From: a virus
Direction: 5' to 3' (one strand)
DNA: 64,000 nt
IMG/VR virus record: IMGVR_UViG_3300008952_000004
Location: 32,001-96,000 of that record
In this document: piece by piece, positions 20,501-31,300 of the stretch
Position numbering within the stretch: the first letter of the stretch is position 1
Layout: the number at the start of each line of letters is the position of its first letter
The notes under the pieces: model-generated
Seen by the model: the letters and a program-made list of their open reading frames with translations, nothing else
Told to the model about the DNA's origin: nothing
The model's database searches: none
Made by a program: the position numbers and the translations under genes

Positions 20501-21617
20501 AGGCGACATCAAAAAAGAGCAAAAGCACGAAGGCAAAGCTGACGCTACCTTTGGTTCTTTAGGGTTGAGTCCGAGCCAGACTGCTTTATATGAAGAGACA
20601 TTTGGGCAAGGTGCCGCGACTCATGACGATGTAAAAGGGACTATTCTCACAGGTGGACAGACGGATATAGAATATAGCATAAAGGATACTTATAAAGATC
20701 TGTCAGCAAAGAGCCCAATTGCAAAAAAAGAAAAAGCTTTTTGCATCATAGAGAAAGACTTGGCAGAGAGTAAACTCACACTTGGAGGCAAAATCCAAGC
20801 CAGTCCGGACGCAAAAGTGGAACAATACGACTATAAACAGGAGCACACACGAGGATACAGCAAAGAATTATATCCAATACCGCTTGTATCTGTTGAGCGC
20901 CCGCTCTCCGCAACAACTATGAAGGAGGCTCGCAAAGCATATTATGATGAAGAATATTTTCGGGGATTAATAGAAGGATCCGCCGAATTCAAATTTTTAT
21001 TTAAATATGTTTTTCCGCTTCCAAGAATGTTATCCCTTTTGACTATTTATAATTCAGAGTCAGTACTTAAAAATTCAGATGAAGTCGCTGGCGCTTTCGA
21101 TGGTACAAAGGGGGCATTGAGGAATTTGTTTTATACTCTTGATGTTGACGAGGGCGACTTAGCAACAAGCTGGTGGCAAGAAGAAAGTAAACTAGAAGAA
21201 GAAGGTAAAGATGCCCGCCATGAATTGGAACGTCAAGAAGCAGGTCTTTCACCTTTTAGCGCTCCCGGTTTAACCGCTATGGCAATGAGAACGGTTCCGT
21301 TGTTTGTTAGAGGTTATGCTGAGTACAGCGATCCGCATTATAAATTTGTTAGTCGCTTATCCGACCAAGGGGTTTTACCAACTGGAAAGACATGGGCTTC
21401 AGTACCTTTATTATGGCCCGTTAATTGGAGCATCGGTGGCATTCCCGGTTGGGGACCACCACTTGGTCCTTGGGGCATCGCGGCATATAGTATGCCACAG
21501 TTACCCGGTGATAGAAAACAACAAAATATTACCAAGCAAGAACAAGCAGCCGAAGTAGAAATGTTTAAACAAGCGTATACCGATAAAGAGTTAGACTGTG
21601 ATGAAGAGGAGAACTAA
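14556..21617 (+). CDS. 2353-aa acidic, largely helical protein; putative virion/ejection or tape-measure-like protein
   Basis: Uninterrupted ORF with AGGAG RBS between spike-like and gp25-like genes; Trp/Gly/Pro-rich C-terminus. No family recognised. Confidence 0.6.
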   Translation: MSHEEEKKQQQEEEAGTMYLKGIPIVSGSMLAVQALKNYNFKNLEEKTTALLDEAKGSKGSDTSMAATLAPYLGAAAALAKAAIPQYMTVLGGISKEFPAATHYIRDQTIGVPGAREEAVPADADAAVKEAEKVADQAAGGGDQAAGGGEIVFTDEEAGTIYANEPDENTDSSEVAGEDKKDDAPAGAQEIELPLQGTEVEKNPFHHYAEPWLKPKKYSLYSKPSRDSRWEVGHIFSHMGTDPQKPSDLTLVRVLKPFLGTKRDVHRIEVINPKPIMSAVFSAYKGPLYIESSACHPLPGIPEFEPISAAGASSAHGYPWPYDWKELGPIGTGEWCYLEEKQQMYYARLYQPGLRTKPIKLEEGSSWITGASAEIELPLPNPEDGYDGAKYDVPEPDNEKPFKTLKEFVEFADEKAILQRGVTQILHFYGRINAYESPPKDLLDMIVDTEMAYIPSPPHGFYLDPRTGYIDIAVALRASYVNAIPRYLYSDDDLNKYFSNTDGYSYSFAYSTLQAKIDFITKHTTDRATELQPKFPKQAAKLIRVVQYLNSFPARFKRFVLLNEVPEEELTGTDPHFELGFSKDFQISYVLMGKADKRSTPLTIALPMLTSVNQRPGTTAIASHHFLYSFEDMEKKVQDPALTAIEFAQRYYYPVTAIVFKPTEAESEENPRTTTPAIAQAAAVSKHEDPAGVGKSTSQIMREKQSLDNVDHKIQLSKSREKEQEFTGDNIIEDIEFLKAQAKDPEGIYKHVLNKTSIKELSAIALADLTKDFGFADQQKMVLDSVITKATGAQIEKMASIIQEKYPGEYSKALAKELDAAQEYFETTGTPKEGTVPPAIKNSDGSINDVKLARAIETNMALSGWHKNIQSPQQNQGQQISEEMSPDQKKQMRYFSGFEYGSGLKFGEGYSLPTVDGILSDNTTISSPARKADILKRLTNNSGNEFKLPISILEKTILPIVPYADVRSTLSQYMGNVNDVMEEIQEPTSLKELAPPTVTLPDNSFTSDPTPGVVDAVVAGIREAIAKGLIATITMVLDRIKKSAADAFGERFGAMVGKIPLDMIKAAFHNAGVPPGTGAEFFENLAKQATVSEMEDLFAGRTSEETDSLVMVTAGMTPGMFEHLQNISNAFDNLSDLVEPDIFRKARESEAEAEVEDAPWSGLLCEDDDFPDEDNRDRTGLEEAQHERDRDLANRLKDLIDGANNLLSDIPSTMSDCGEQGLISRDPPSMQMANKLALDTIFESVEMAFSQDATGFMDSLLLKKSRDAKKGDPDWIPTYGKELGIDQMTGAKIDPNPTKKMAVAHNKKNSKIEVSVLPSLKKNLSDVHKKNFKLYSEYVGDEEKGEGITWISMSGEVDPKKTKLPITFAAEEAQLAQAKATVKKIQNKMSDLNSSGLGLGADALHHLLNDMEKADNAFTAAKEVLDQAIKAAPSKIKKDKSFDLSNKVEEKLLEFSMTWPESSGPVVDRHSVTLGDGDQKYVLANKTKSPSNNLSETTFYKILPGSTGELGVYRTAQSQAFANYITNRFTNAGYALAGIPEDFEMSTGFQEYALNWEQVFFRLFKKTARQASLSNLFELEELLEVSLSKKYEKTLCAPDPEAFDLLSVSETKEEVEDDYEQSCKPSNKSDAAGSPFEEAALGGVLKVYLRLCVAEVLLRSIFIYSQFNPEEVFEDGLFMDYVVDMLRKDLENSDPDFFSRLKKQAQIIISNKRKSGDLKNIYNINDMTLLDDLDETGYQEERANAAFKYIVLEQAADLSYKLQQALGTQAPKIYKRFLNSTGTPEPFNIVTPQTSLGSGWIRTIDAPKASVVGTGDQRFIARNEDKVKNLGGNQSTGTSQTTWEGEITYDTARLMYPDLAMVGGTFVLEKYVRVEDLDRLPDDFKDPYGFRLRHGGPDAPDEGPGEPDTLASWCKTTPHLSGVVNISAFRQYLDQVFEIHPADAKVSSFFKPLKFGMRLMWIPPTNQNFKAQLYASETSEVVGDIKKEQKHEGKADATFGSLGLSPSQTALYEETFGQGAATHDDVKGTILTGGQTDIEYSIKDTYKDLSAKSPIAKKEKAFCIIEKDLAESKLTLGGKIQASPDAKVEQYDYKQEHTRGYSKELYPIPLVSVERPLSATTMKEARKAYYDEEYFRGLIEGSAEFKFLFKYVFPLPRMLSLLTIYNSESVLKNSDEVAGAFDGTKGALRNLFYTLDVDEGDLATSWWQEESKLEEEGKDARHELERQEAGLSPFSAPGLTAMAMRTVPLFVRGYAEYSDPHYKFVSRLSDQGVLPTGKTWASVPLLWPVNWSIGGIPGWGPPLGPWGIAAYSMPQLPGDRKQQNITKQEQAAEVEMFKQAYTDKELDCDEEEN
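14961..15002 (+). repeat. 21-bp tandem repeat x2, in frame (DQAAGGG)
   Basis: GATCAAGCAGCAGGCGGTGGA followed by GATCAGGCAGCAGGCGGTGGA. Confidence 0.9.
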
Positions 21618-21622
21618 TTAAA
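21613..21622 (+). promoter_or_regulatory. Putative late promoter (CTAWTTA motif)
   Basis: ACTAATTAAA, 12 nt before the gp25-like ATG; no SD. Confidence 0.5.
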
Positions 21623-21624
21623 AT

Positions 21625-22062
21625 ATGAGCGGAATGTCACCAAAATTGCCTTTACATAAAAGCCCTGAAGATGGTTATTATGCACTAACGAAGACCCACC
21701 ATGAAGTAATAAGACAAAATTTAAAAAATTTAATTTTAACTGTTCCCGGTGAAAGAATCATGATTCCCGATTTTGGTGTGGGGCTAAAAAAATTACTCTT
21801 TGAACAAAGGGATCCGGATATATATGCTAGCATATGCGCGAGAATCGATCAACAGACGACTCAATATATGCCGTTCGTTACTATTGAGGATGTAGAAATT
21901 ATAGACTCGGAAATCCGCTGGACCCTTTCTGGTGGGGAACCCGAATTCCACTCATCAGACTATTTGAAACAAAATTCTATGAACAGTAATACTATTAAGA
22001 TCCGGATTATGTTTTTTATACGTGCATTAAATTCGCGAGCAATCTTATCTTTTAGGGTATAA
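21625..22062 (+). CDS. Baseplate wedge protein, gp25/GPW-like
   Basis: IRQNLKNLILTVPGERIMIPDFGVGLKKLLFEQ...YMPFVTI. Confidence 0.9.
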   Translation: MSGMSPKLPLHKSPEDGYYALTKTHHEVIRQNLKNLILTVPGERIMIPDFGVGLKKLLFEQRDPDIYASICARIDQQTTQYMPFVTIEDVEIIDSEIRWTLSGGEPEFHSSDYLKQNSMNSNTIKIRIMFFIRALNSRAILSFRV

Positions 22063-22074
22063 ATGGGCGAAAGT

Positions 22075-22084
22075 TCTATTTAAT
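22075..22084 (+). promoter_or_regulatory. Putative late promoter (CTAWTTA motif)
   Basis: TCTATTTAAT in the intergenic gap before the gp6-like gene. Confidence 0.5.
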
Positions 22085-22100
22085 AGGGGGAAAGAACTAT

Positions 22101-23924
22101 ATGGTAGATAAGAAAAAGAAGAAGAGTCAAAGGGTACCAATCGAATACACTAGCCGCGATTATAATTCTATTAAGAATGATTTGTTGGAGCATGCAAAAC
22201 GCTATTACCCTGATACCTACCAAGATTTTAATGATGCATCATTTGGTTCCTTAATGTTTGATACTGTTGCCTATGTTGGTGACATACTTTCTTTTTATTT
22301 GGATTATCAAGCCAACGAGACTTTTCTTGATACAGCATCTGAGTACTCAAACATTATTAGACATGCTCGGCGAATGGGATATGATCCATATGCCAGCGCC
22401 GTAGCTACAACTGGAAGGTGTCAATTTTTTATAACTGTACCTGCGAATGCAGCCGCCACCGGACCAGACGAAGCATATATGCCAATTTTACAAAGAGGTG
22501 CCAAATTAATTTCTAAATCTGGTGCCTTTTTTACCCTAGAGGAAGATGTTGACTTCGGTGCAAATAACACAGAAATTATTGTAGCATCGTCAGATGTTAA
22601 CGGATCACCGACATTTTATGCTATTAAAGCAACTGGTCTTGTCTTATCTGGAATAGAATATCAATCAGAGATACCTGTGGGAGATTTCAAGCCATTCCGG
22701 CGAGTCCAAATTCAAGAACCTGATCTAGTTGAGGTGACAAGTGTCGTGGACTCACAGGGACACATATGGCATGAAGTAGAATATCTTTCACAAGATGTAG
22801 TATATATTCAGATTAACAATCAAGACTACGACCACACCTTTGGATCCCCGCCGAAAATACTAAAGCCTATATCAGTACCTAGACGATTTATCATAGAGAG
22901 GAATCGATCAGGTGTTGCGCTACAGTTCGGCTCAGGCGAGTCTCTTGACGAATCGGATAGAACAATTGATCCTTCAAAAGTAGCAATTGCACAATATGGA
23001 CGAAATCACGTATCAGATCGTTCGTTTGATCCACATAAGTTGGTACGGCAAGACACCCTTGGGGCGGTCCCGGCAAACACTCATCTTACTGTAACATACC
23101 GATCAAACAATGTCGGTTCCGATAAAATTAACGTAGGGGTTGGGCAGATTTCTGAGATTGCAGCAAGTAGGTTTGTCTTTAAAGATCCGTCCACACTGAG
23201 CGCAATTCAAAAAAGCAAAGTAATTACTAGTCTGGAAGTAACTAATGAATACCCAATTACGGGTGAATTATTTAAGCCAACTGCTAAAGAAATTAGACAA
23301 AGAGCAAAAGGCGCACACGCAGCACAGTATAGGGCTGTTACTGCTCAAGACTATGAGTCATTATCATATGCTATGCCTCCAAAATATGGAAAAATTAAGC
23401 GTTGCTGTATTCTTCTAGACACAAACTCCTTGAAAAGAAATTTAAACTTATATGTGATATCGGAGGACGAAGACGGCAGATTCTTTCGGACAAACGATAT
23501 TGTTAGTTATAATCTGAAGTCTTGGCTAACAGATAAAAAAATGATGAATGATTATATTGACATCATTCCGGCAAGAATCGTTAATCTTGGGGTAAACTTT
23601 ACCGTGATAGCATCCGATAATACAAATAAATCTGATTGTTTAAGTCGATGCTATGTGGCTCTCAGTCAATATTTTGCACACAATAAACCAAATATAGGCG
23701 AACACTTTGACATTTCTATTCTTTATAAAATATTGAATGCTGTAGTGGGTGTTGATGATACTCTAGACATTGACGTAGAAGTAAAGGAAGGGGGCATATA
23801 TGCAAGCACCAAGTTTGATATTTGGACTCAAACCTCAGCCGACGGGCGCAAAATAAGAATGCCCGAGGATACTGTTTGGGAAATTAAGTTTACTGCTGAT
23901 GATCTTAGTGGGGCGGTGAAATAA
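22101..23924 (+). CDS. Baseplate wedge protein, T4 gp6-like (baseplate J family)
   Basis: YTSRDYNSIKNDL...YQDFNDASFGSLMFD..AYVGDILSFYLDYQANE.FL.TA; QFGSG; RAVTAQDYE. Confidence 0.88.
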   Translation: MVDKKKKKSQRVPIEYTSRDYNSIKNDLLEHAKRYYPDTYQDFNDASFGSLMFDTVAYVGDILSFYLDYQANETFLDTASEYSNIIRHARRMGYDPYASAVATTGRCQFFITVPANAAATGPDEAYMPILQRGAKLISKSGAFFTLEEDVDFGANNTEIIVASSDVNGSPTFYAIKATGLVLSGIEYQSEIPVGDFKPFRRVQIQEPDLVEVTSVVDSQGHIWHEVEYLSQDVVYIQINNQDYDHTFGSPPKILKPISVPRRFIIERNRSGVALQFGSGESLDESDRTIDPSKVAIAQYGRNHVSDRSFDPHKLVRQDTLGAVPANTHLTVTYRSNNVGSDKINVGVGQISEIAASRFVFKDPSTLSAIQKSKVITSLEVTNEYPITGELFKPTAKEIRQRAKGAHAAQYRAVTAQDYESLSYAMPPKYGKIKRCCILLDTNSLKRNLNLYVISEDEDGRFFRTNDIVSYNLKSWLTDKKMMNDYIDIIPARIVNLGVNFTVIASDNTNKSDCLSRCYVALSQYFAHNKPNIGEHFDISILYKILNAVVGVDDTLDIDVEVKEGGIYASTKFDIWTQTSADGRKIRMPEDTVWEIKFTADDLSGAVK

Positions 23925-25375
23925 TGGCAATCAAACGTTACATTGCAACTAAAGACACTACGATAGCAAATAGTTATCAAGCGAATCTATCGACAACAGC
24001 CTCTGGGTCAAACATGGGCGCCGCCGATGTAACTGAAGTATTCTCTATATATGGTCAAGTATCATCTAGTACATCAGGAAATTCACTTGAAGCTTCCCGC
24101 GCTCTATACTACTTTGATGTTGCCGATATTACCACGGACAGGACTAATGGAGACATTCCTAAATCCGGATCAGTGGATTTCGTATTAAAGTTAACAAATG
24201 CAGAACACCATAAGACAACTCCACAAAATTATGATATGCGAGTGATCGCAGTTTCAGAAAGTTGGACTGAGGGGTCCGGTTTAGATTTAGATAATTATAG
24301 AGATATTGGAGAATGTAATTGGAATTATCGCACATCTGCTAACGCTTGGGGAAATGGTAACGCAGCAGCAAAGGGCGGCGTTTTCCATACAGGAAGTGTG
24401 GAAGCGTGGTCTAATGAAATACAATTCAAACAAGCGTTTGGAGAAGACGTGACAGAAGATCTAGAAATAGTTATTACTCCTTTGGTTGAACACTGGATCG
24501 CAGGCACTGTTTCTAATAATGGAATAGGTGTCTTATTGTCTGGCTCATATGAGGATGGTACTAGCCTTCGGTCTTATTATACTAAAAAGTTCTTCGCTAG
24601 GAATAGTGAGTATTTCTTTAAAAGACCGAGAATCGAAGCTCGTTGGGATTCTTCTAAAAAAGATGACCGCGCAAATTTTTATGCCAGCAGTTCTCTGGGG
24701 GACACTGAAAATACAAATACAATATATCTATATAATAATCTTCGAGGACAGCTTACCAATATCCCAGGCTTGCATGCCCGCAACACACTAGTTGTTAAAC
24801 TTTATCGCGATGCTCTTACTGACAGTGCGCCTGTGGAAGTCACAGGTGGTTTGACATCAGACACTGGAATTTATACCGCATCGTTAGCCATGGACACGTC
24901 GGCTTCCGTATTGTATGATGTATGGTCGACTGGCTCGATACAGTTTTATACTGGTTCCATCACTGTTAAAAGTTTTGCAGCTACTGCCGAAAATCCTAAC
25001 AGCACTTACAACACATCTATTGTAAATTTAAAACCTTCGTATTCAACAAAAGAAACGGCGCGATTTCGCTTCTTTGTTAGAAAACAAAATTGGACTCCCA
25101 CTATTTATAATAAGGCTACAGAAACTTTAAATAGCGAAGTAATAAGCTCTGCGTATTATAAAATTTTCAGGATTTCAGACAACTATGAGGTAATGCCATA
25201 TGGGACAGGAAGCGAACAGCACACTAAAATGTCATACGATCAGAGCGGAAGTTATTTTGATTTAGATATGAGTATGCTTCAGAAGGACTATGCTTATGGT
25301 TTATCATTAACATATTATTTGAATGGAAAATATGTAGAACAACCAGAGGTATTTAAATTTAGAGTAGAAGGATAA
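23924..25375 (+). CDS. Virion structural protein (DNRLRE-like N-terminus, Ig-like C-terminus)
   Basis: KDTTI...SRALYYFDV...LKLTN pattern; eight [ST]GS motifs. Confidence 0.55.
   Translation: MAIKRYIATKDTTIANSYQANLSTTASGSNMGAADVTEVFSIYGQVSSSTSGNSLEASRALYYFDVADITTDRTNGDIPKSGSVDFVLKLTNAEHHKTTPQNYDMRVIAVSESWTEGSGLDLDNYRDIGECNWNYRTSANAWGNGNAAAKGGVFHTGSVEAWSNEIQFKQAFGEDVTEDLEIVITPLVEHWIAGTVSNNGIGVLLSGSYEDGTSLRSYYTKKFFARNSEYFFKRPRIEARWDSSKKDDRANFYASSSLGDTENTNTIYLYNNLRGQLTNIPGLHARNTLVVKLYRDALTDSAPVEVTGGLTSDTGIYTASLAMDTSASVLYDVWSTGSIQFYTGSITVKSFAATAENPNSTYNTSIVNLKPSYSTKETARFRFFVRKQNWTPTIYNKATETLNSEVISSAYYKIFRISDNYEVMPYGTGSEQHTKMSYDQSGSYFDLDMSMLQKDYAYGLSLTYYLNGKYVEQPEVFKFRVEG
25100..25109 (+). promoter_or_regulatory. 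Possible internal late promoter for the 3234-aa gene
   Basis: ACTATTTATA, identical to the 50760 and 61464 copies; 277 nt upstream of 25377, inside a CDS. Confidence 0.35.
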
Positions 25376-25376
25376 A

Positions 25377-28300
25377 ATGGGCGGCGGAATAAAGGATTTA
25401 TTTGGGAATTCGGATAGTGTTTTATCAAAGACACATATCAGAGATATAGCTAATGCTGATTCACCAGTTGAGTCATCAGAATATATTGAAAAATATCTTT
25501 TGGAAAAAGAGAGATTTCTTCCGACTGCCGATTTTTCTACAGCTAGTAATTTTGCTATGTATGGTTCCGCAGAACAATACGTAACAGATGCTTTACAAAA
25601 TATATACCAATACTACCCATATGATGGTTCTTTGACGGAGAAGATTGAGTGGATCAACACAGCGAATTATTATGATATATATATGTTCCAATTTTTGTAT
25701 CCGCGAACTTGTGGTTACGCCGTGTTTTCTCCCGACGGCTGGGGCACGCAAACTGATTTAATTGCTGATGCTGGGCTGACACCACAGCACGTATTTGGAT
25801 TGTCAAACAATCCGGAGTATATTCAGCTTAAAGCCGGTCCACACCCAGATCCAGATGCTGCCGCAAAAACTTTATCAAAACAATTTCCAGAACCTTGGGA
25901 CGGCACAGCCAATATATGGGACGATACCACAGGGGTTAATCGTGTTTCTAATATTGTTTTAGATCCTGCAAAGGGGGTTACTACTGAGTTTTGGTTTAAA
26001 AAAGATGGTTATGTTTCCTCGTCCGCAACAACAAGATTTGAATATTTGTTTGACGTATGGAATGGACAGAAGGGGACAGCAGAGGGGGAAACCTATGGAC
26101 GCTATTCTATTTTACATGACGGAACATCTACCGGAGCCATTAAATTAGGAGTGATGTCTGGGTCACAACTTCTTACGTGCGATTCCGGCTTAACAACCGC
26201 CGAGGTGTTTGATAATAAATGGCACCATATCGCGATTGCCTTTCAAAGTGGCTCGGATTGGGTTGAGGTTAATACTTTTTTCGACGGACAACACCATACT
26301 CGACAAACCAGTGTTGATCAAGCCAACGTTGTTATTGGAGAAATAACCGGCTCTCTGATCGCAAATATTGGCGCTGCGCGAATACCTACCATTTCTCAGG
26401 CAGGTACTGCTGCGCTCGCCTCGGCTAAAATAAAAGATGGCTATGGAAAACTATCCGGCTCCATTGACGAGTTTAGGTTTTGGAAAACAGCTAGGACTCC
26501 AAAACAGATCGGTCGTTTCTGGTTTACTCAAATTGCCGGTGGTACAAACACAGATAATAATAAATTCTCAGGATCCGCCGCACCGGTAGATTTAGGTTTT
26601 TATTATAAATTTAACGAGGGAAATACCGGGGACAATACAGTTGATTCGACCGTCTTGGACTATTCGGGACGCATATCGAATGGTACTTGGACCGGGTTTA
26701 TTTCTGACAAGTCGCGTGTTGCTGGGGCAATGAAATCTGCGATGATAGAATCTTCAGCTTCGGTATCTGAGTTTAAAGATCCGATCATTTATTCGACACA
26801 TCCAGACGTCACCGCTCTATCTGATCGATTATTATCAGAAGGAAAAGAGTGGGATTTAAACAACAATTCATCACTATATCATACAATGCCAGAGTGGATT
26901 ATTTCTGAAGATGCTGACGAAAATGGAAATACACTCAAAAAGTTGGCACAAATGCTCGGTGTATATTTTGATACGCTACACATGCAGATAAACAGTTTGC
27001 CTTCATTAGCTGAGAAGCGATACCCAGTAACCGATTTTATTGTACACGATCCAAATTTCATAGATTATAACCTTGGTGGTCCGAATACCGGTAAGACTAG
27101 AGAATACACATTTTTTCAGAAGCCGAAACCTACTGCAAAAATGTCGGTAGAACATTCTGGTATGGAAGCTTCAGAATTGTTTTCCGACGTCACTATCTTG
27201 AACCAACTGGCTAGTCGTGATGAACATCGGGAATTCGAATCTAAACTATATGATATTAAAAATACGATATATCAAAACATATATAATAATCTAACTTATA
27301 TCTACAAAACAAAAGGTACATTTAAAAGCTTCCGGAATCTTATGCATTGCTTTGGGATTGATGAGGATCTAATCGCCATTAACTTATACGCCAATGATGA
27401 ATCTTTTAAATATGATGATTCGCGCTATCGTTCTAAAACATTGCGGAAAAATTATATAGATTTTGCGACTTCCGATAGACAACAATCTACGGTGTTTCAA
27501 TCATCTAGTGTTTCCATATCTGATTCTCTTAGCTATATCCCCGGTGCTTATGATAAGCCCATGACGGTTGAGGCAAACATAATTTTCCCACTGAAGAAAG
27601 ATGAAAATGACACAAACTATTATGAATATAATTATTATTCTAGTTCATTGTTTGGTTGTCATGAAGCACTCCCGTCCGCGCCTACCAATTATACTTGGCA
27701 CTCAAACGATTCAGCGTCTTTTCAAGTCTATGTGGTAAGGCAAGAATTTCGCGGTAAAGATGCAAAATTTATTCTTTCTTCAAGTAATGGATATTTTCCA
27801 ACGTTAACAACACCCACGTTTAAAGATGTATATAACAATACTAATTGGCATTTTGCTGTACGCTTAGCTCCATCACAAGATGCGGTCAGTGGTTCGGTAA
27901 TCACAGGCTCATCTCCCGATCATTGGGATCTGGAGTTTTATGGTGTTAATACAGCACTAGATCAAATCGATAAAAAGTTTCACGTGTCGGGAAGTATATC
28001 GACTGTTGACGCACAAAATAATTTTGCCGCTCTAGCAAAAAGATTTTATCTTGGTGCCCATAGAACAAATTTTACTGGCAGTACTGTGTTAACAAACACA
28101 GATATTAAGGTGGGTTCCTTCTCTGTCTGGCAAGATCGTTTGTCGGACGAAGAAATAAATTCACATGCAAAAGATCCGAACAACGTCGGTCGAGATTATC
28201 CTTATGAAAACGCATATATGTTTGAGGGCGTAGACCCAAATATTGACATCACATATATTCCTAGGATTAAAACACATATTTTAAATTGGCAATTCGCAAC

Positions 28301-31300
28301 GATCACTGGCTCCACTGATGGAGTATATGGTGTTGATTATTATGGAGGCTCGGCGTGGAATTCCTCTTTTGAGGTCTTGGACATGACTTCCGGTTCTGAT
28401 GATAAATGGGACGTCCCATCGTTGTATAAAACGCACTACCCCGCTCGCGGTGATTGGTTCCTTCCAAATGATACAGTTGTCGAAACTGAATATCTATATA
28501 CAGCCAATCAAATTCTCCCAGAGACACTGACGGGTGACGATAACATCAAAATTTTAGCAGCAGACCGAGAAACGTTTGTAAGAGATACCATTCCAACAAA
28601 TCAGTTTTTTGCTATTGAAAAGAGTATGGCTCAGACAATTTCAAAAGAAATGCTGGATGTGTTAGGGGCGGTCACTGCTTTTAATAATCTTGTTGGTGAA
28701 CCGGTTAATAGATATCGACAAGAGTACAAGTCTCTAGAAAAGATGAGGGAAATATTCTTTCGTCGGGTTTCTGGGGAAATCGATTTCGACAGGTTTATGA
28801 ATTTTTATAGTTGGGTCGATGGAACCCTATCAGAAATGTTAGTGAGTCTGGTACCGGCTACTGCCAATGTATCGGACGGTATACGAAATGTTATTGAAAG
28901 TCATATCTTAGAAAGAAATAAATATTGGAATAAGTTTCCGACATTGGAAATGAAAGACAAGCCAATTATTGGGTTTGTTAAGGGTATTAAAGAATTAACA
29001 TATGACTGGAAACACGGTCACGCACCTCTTAACCCGACCCAATTCGTTAATGAAGACACAAATTGTCTTTGGTGGAAGGAGCGCGCTGAAGCTAGTGGGT
29101 CCGCAGGAGCACTTGGTTGGCAGGGCGCGTCTACGTCTGGAGATTCTTATGTAGATTCGGATCGTAACACTATACGACGTATTATAACTTCTGATATTTC
29201 AACAAACAAAATTCTTGCAACTGGAGAATATACAGATCCGATTGATTATCCAAACAGTGGAATTCCAAATGCGGCTCAAATAGAACTAGCACAGAGCGGA
29301 AGCAATTCTGCCGGAAGACAAGAATACAAGGGTAGTACATATGCTTTAAGAAGATTTACTAGACCTTATAAATTAAACTTAGATAATTCTAAAGAAGTCC
29401 GTTCAGGTCACAACCCTGCAAGAAACAATAAGGGTATTGATGTCTTCTGGGCTCAAGCTCGACGCGGAGGATCGACTTATGTAAATATGGATTTTGATTC
29501 CACTCTTGCAGGGTTTGATGGTCCAGAACCAAGCTGTGATGACGCCAAAATCCCAGTTCCGTTGCGTAAGGTGAGAAGACATGCTGCTTGGGAAGGCGCA
29601 GCAGGACAGCAACCCTTGGTTGGTATAGAGCCTATTAAAGCGAGAATAGTTGCACCATTTGTATATCTTTCTCAGTCATCTGATATAACCACGGCACGCT
29701 CATTAACTTTTTTTAATAATTCGGCAGACACAGCATATGCGGGGCTGCACGTTGATACATACGGACCTTCACAAGAAACCCCAATGCAGGGTCCATTTAC
29801 AGAGAAAAATGTCGGAGGACGTCAATACCGTCACGCTCCACTAAGCACCGGAGAAGACAATGTGACTAATCGGACTGAAGGATTCCGAATCTATAAATAT
29901 GGAGAATTCTTGTTTACACCACTCCGTGACGATAGCGGTACTTCCTTCCAACCGAGTTTGATACCTCGTGGATGGTATTACCGTGACGAAGTGGCAAAAA
30001 GACCGGTTAATATTAGAAACATCCAAACTGTGACATCTTCGAATGATCTTGGTAACTATTCAAATGTATTACAGCTTGTTAACACTCAGGACACGAATAC
30101 AAGTCCATGGTTTGTAAAGTTGCAGGCAGCAACAGGCTCTCAAGGGCTTTCTACTCTTATGTCGGGTAAGGCGAGTGATTTCGGTATTAGCGACGTCCCA
30201 GATAGACCAAAATTAAAATATTTTGCTAAACATTTAATGGGTGAAGAAAATTTAGCTGCCCCATTTACTGAAGAAGAAGTAACTGCATCTTTATCAAAAC
30301 ATAAAATAATTGAAAGATTCTCTGCTCCTGGCGGTCCCGACACAGCAGGTGATGCATATGGTGGGTTTGGGTTAAGCCAGATTACAACAATGTATTCTCC
30401 AAATAACTCTATCAACTATAGAAATCTTTCTGTAAGGACACCTTTAAACGCTTTATTAAAATCGCCCATGGGCAACTATGGTTCTTTTTCCGGAAGCACC
30501 TTGTCGATTTTAGGTGAAACGACTGCCCTGTCAGCATCTTATCATAAGGTAAATCGTAATGCAAGACTTCGCACAGAACTAGTTGGAGACTCACCATTTT
30601 CTTCTTCTTTGCACGGCTTTGACCGCGCCATTGTTCATTGCACTTCTTCGTATGACAACTGGTTTGTACAGCATGCAATCCCTGCAACTGACTTTGCTTA
30701 TGCTTGGATTACAGCCTCGACAAACAGAACCGATTATTGCACTTCGCTTGGCACCTCATCATTCATTAGCGCAAGTGAATATATGTCTTATATCAACACC
30801 GAAGAAGATAATGTCCGCTTGTGGGGCGCTACACCGAACGGTATAGCAGCTTGGTCTACTTATTTGGGTGAATATACAGTTACAACACAAACAGATTTTG
30901 TTGGTTTGAATCATCATATATATGCACCGGTTTCAGCAAGTACCAACATGTTTGGGTATGCATCGAGTCCTGAACAGGCATATTTGAATGATAGTTTCGT
31001 TGATCACCCGTCAGGTTTTGAACCACAAGATACAACACCTCCTGCAACACTGAATTCTATTCTTCTCAACCGGGATGGTCCTTACGGGTATCCTTCTTGG
31101 AAACAAATTCGAACTGGGGAACACCCAATTGTGAGATCTCACAAAAAGAACAATATTCTTTCTATAGGAGAAAAACCAAAGACGATTAATTTTGTTGTTG
31201 CAGGCGCACTCACTTCTAGCACAGAGTTACGCTCATCGCGGTTTACAAATTACACTGAACCGCCTGTATCATCAAAATATTACTCAATGATCCATCGTAT

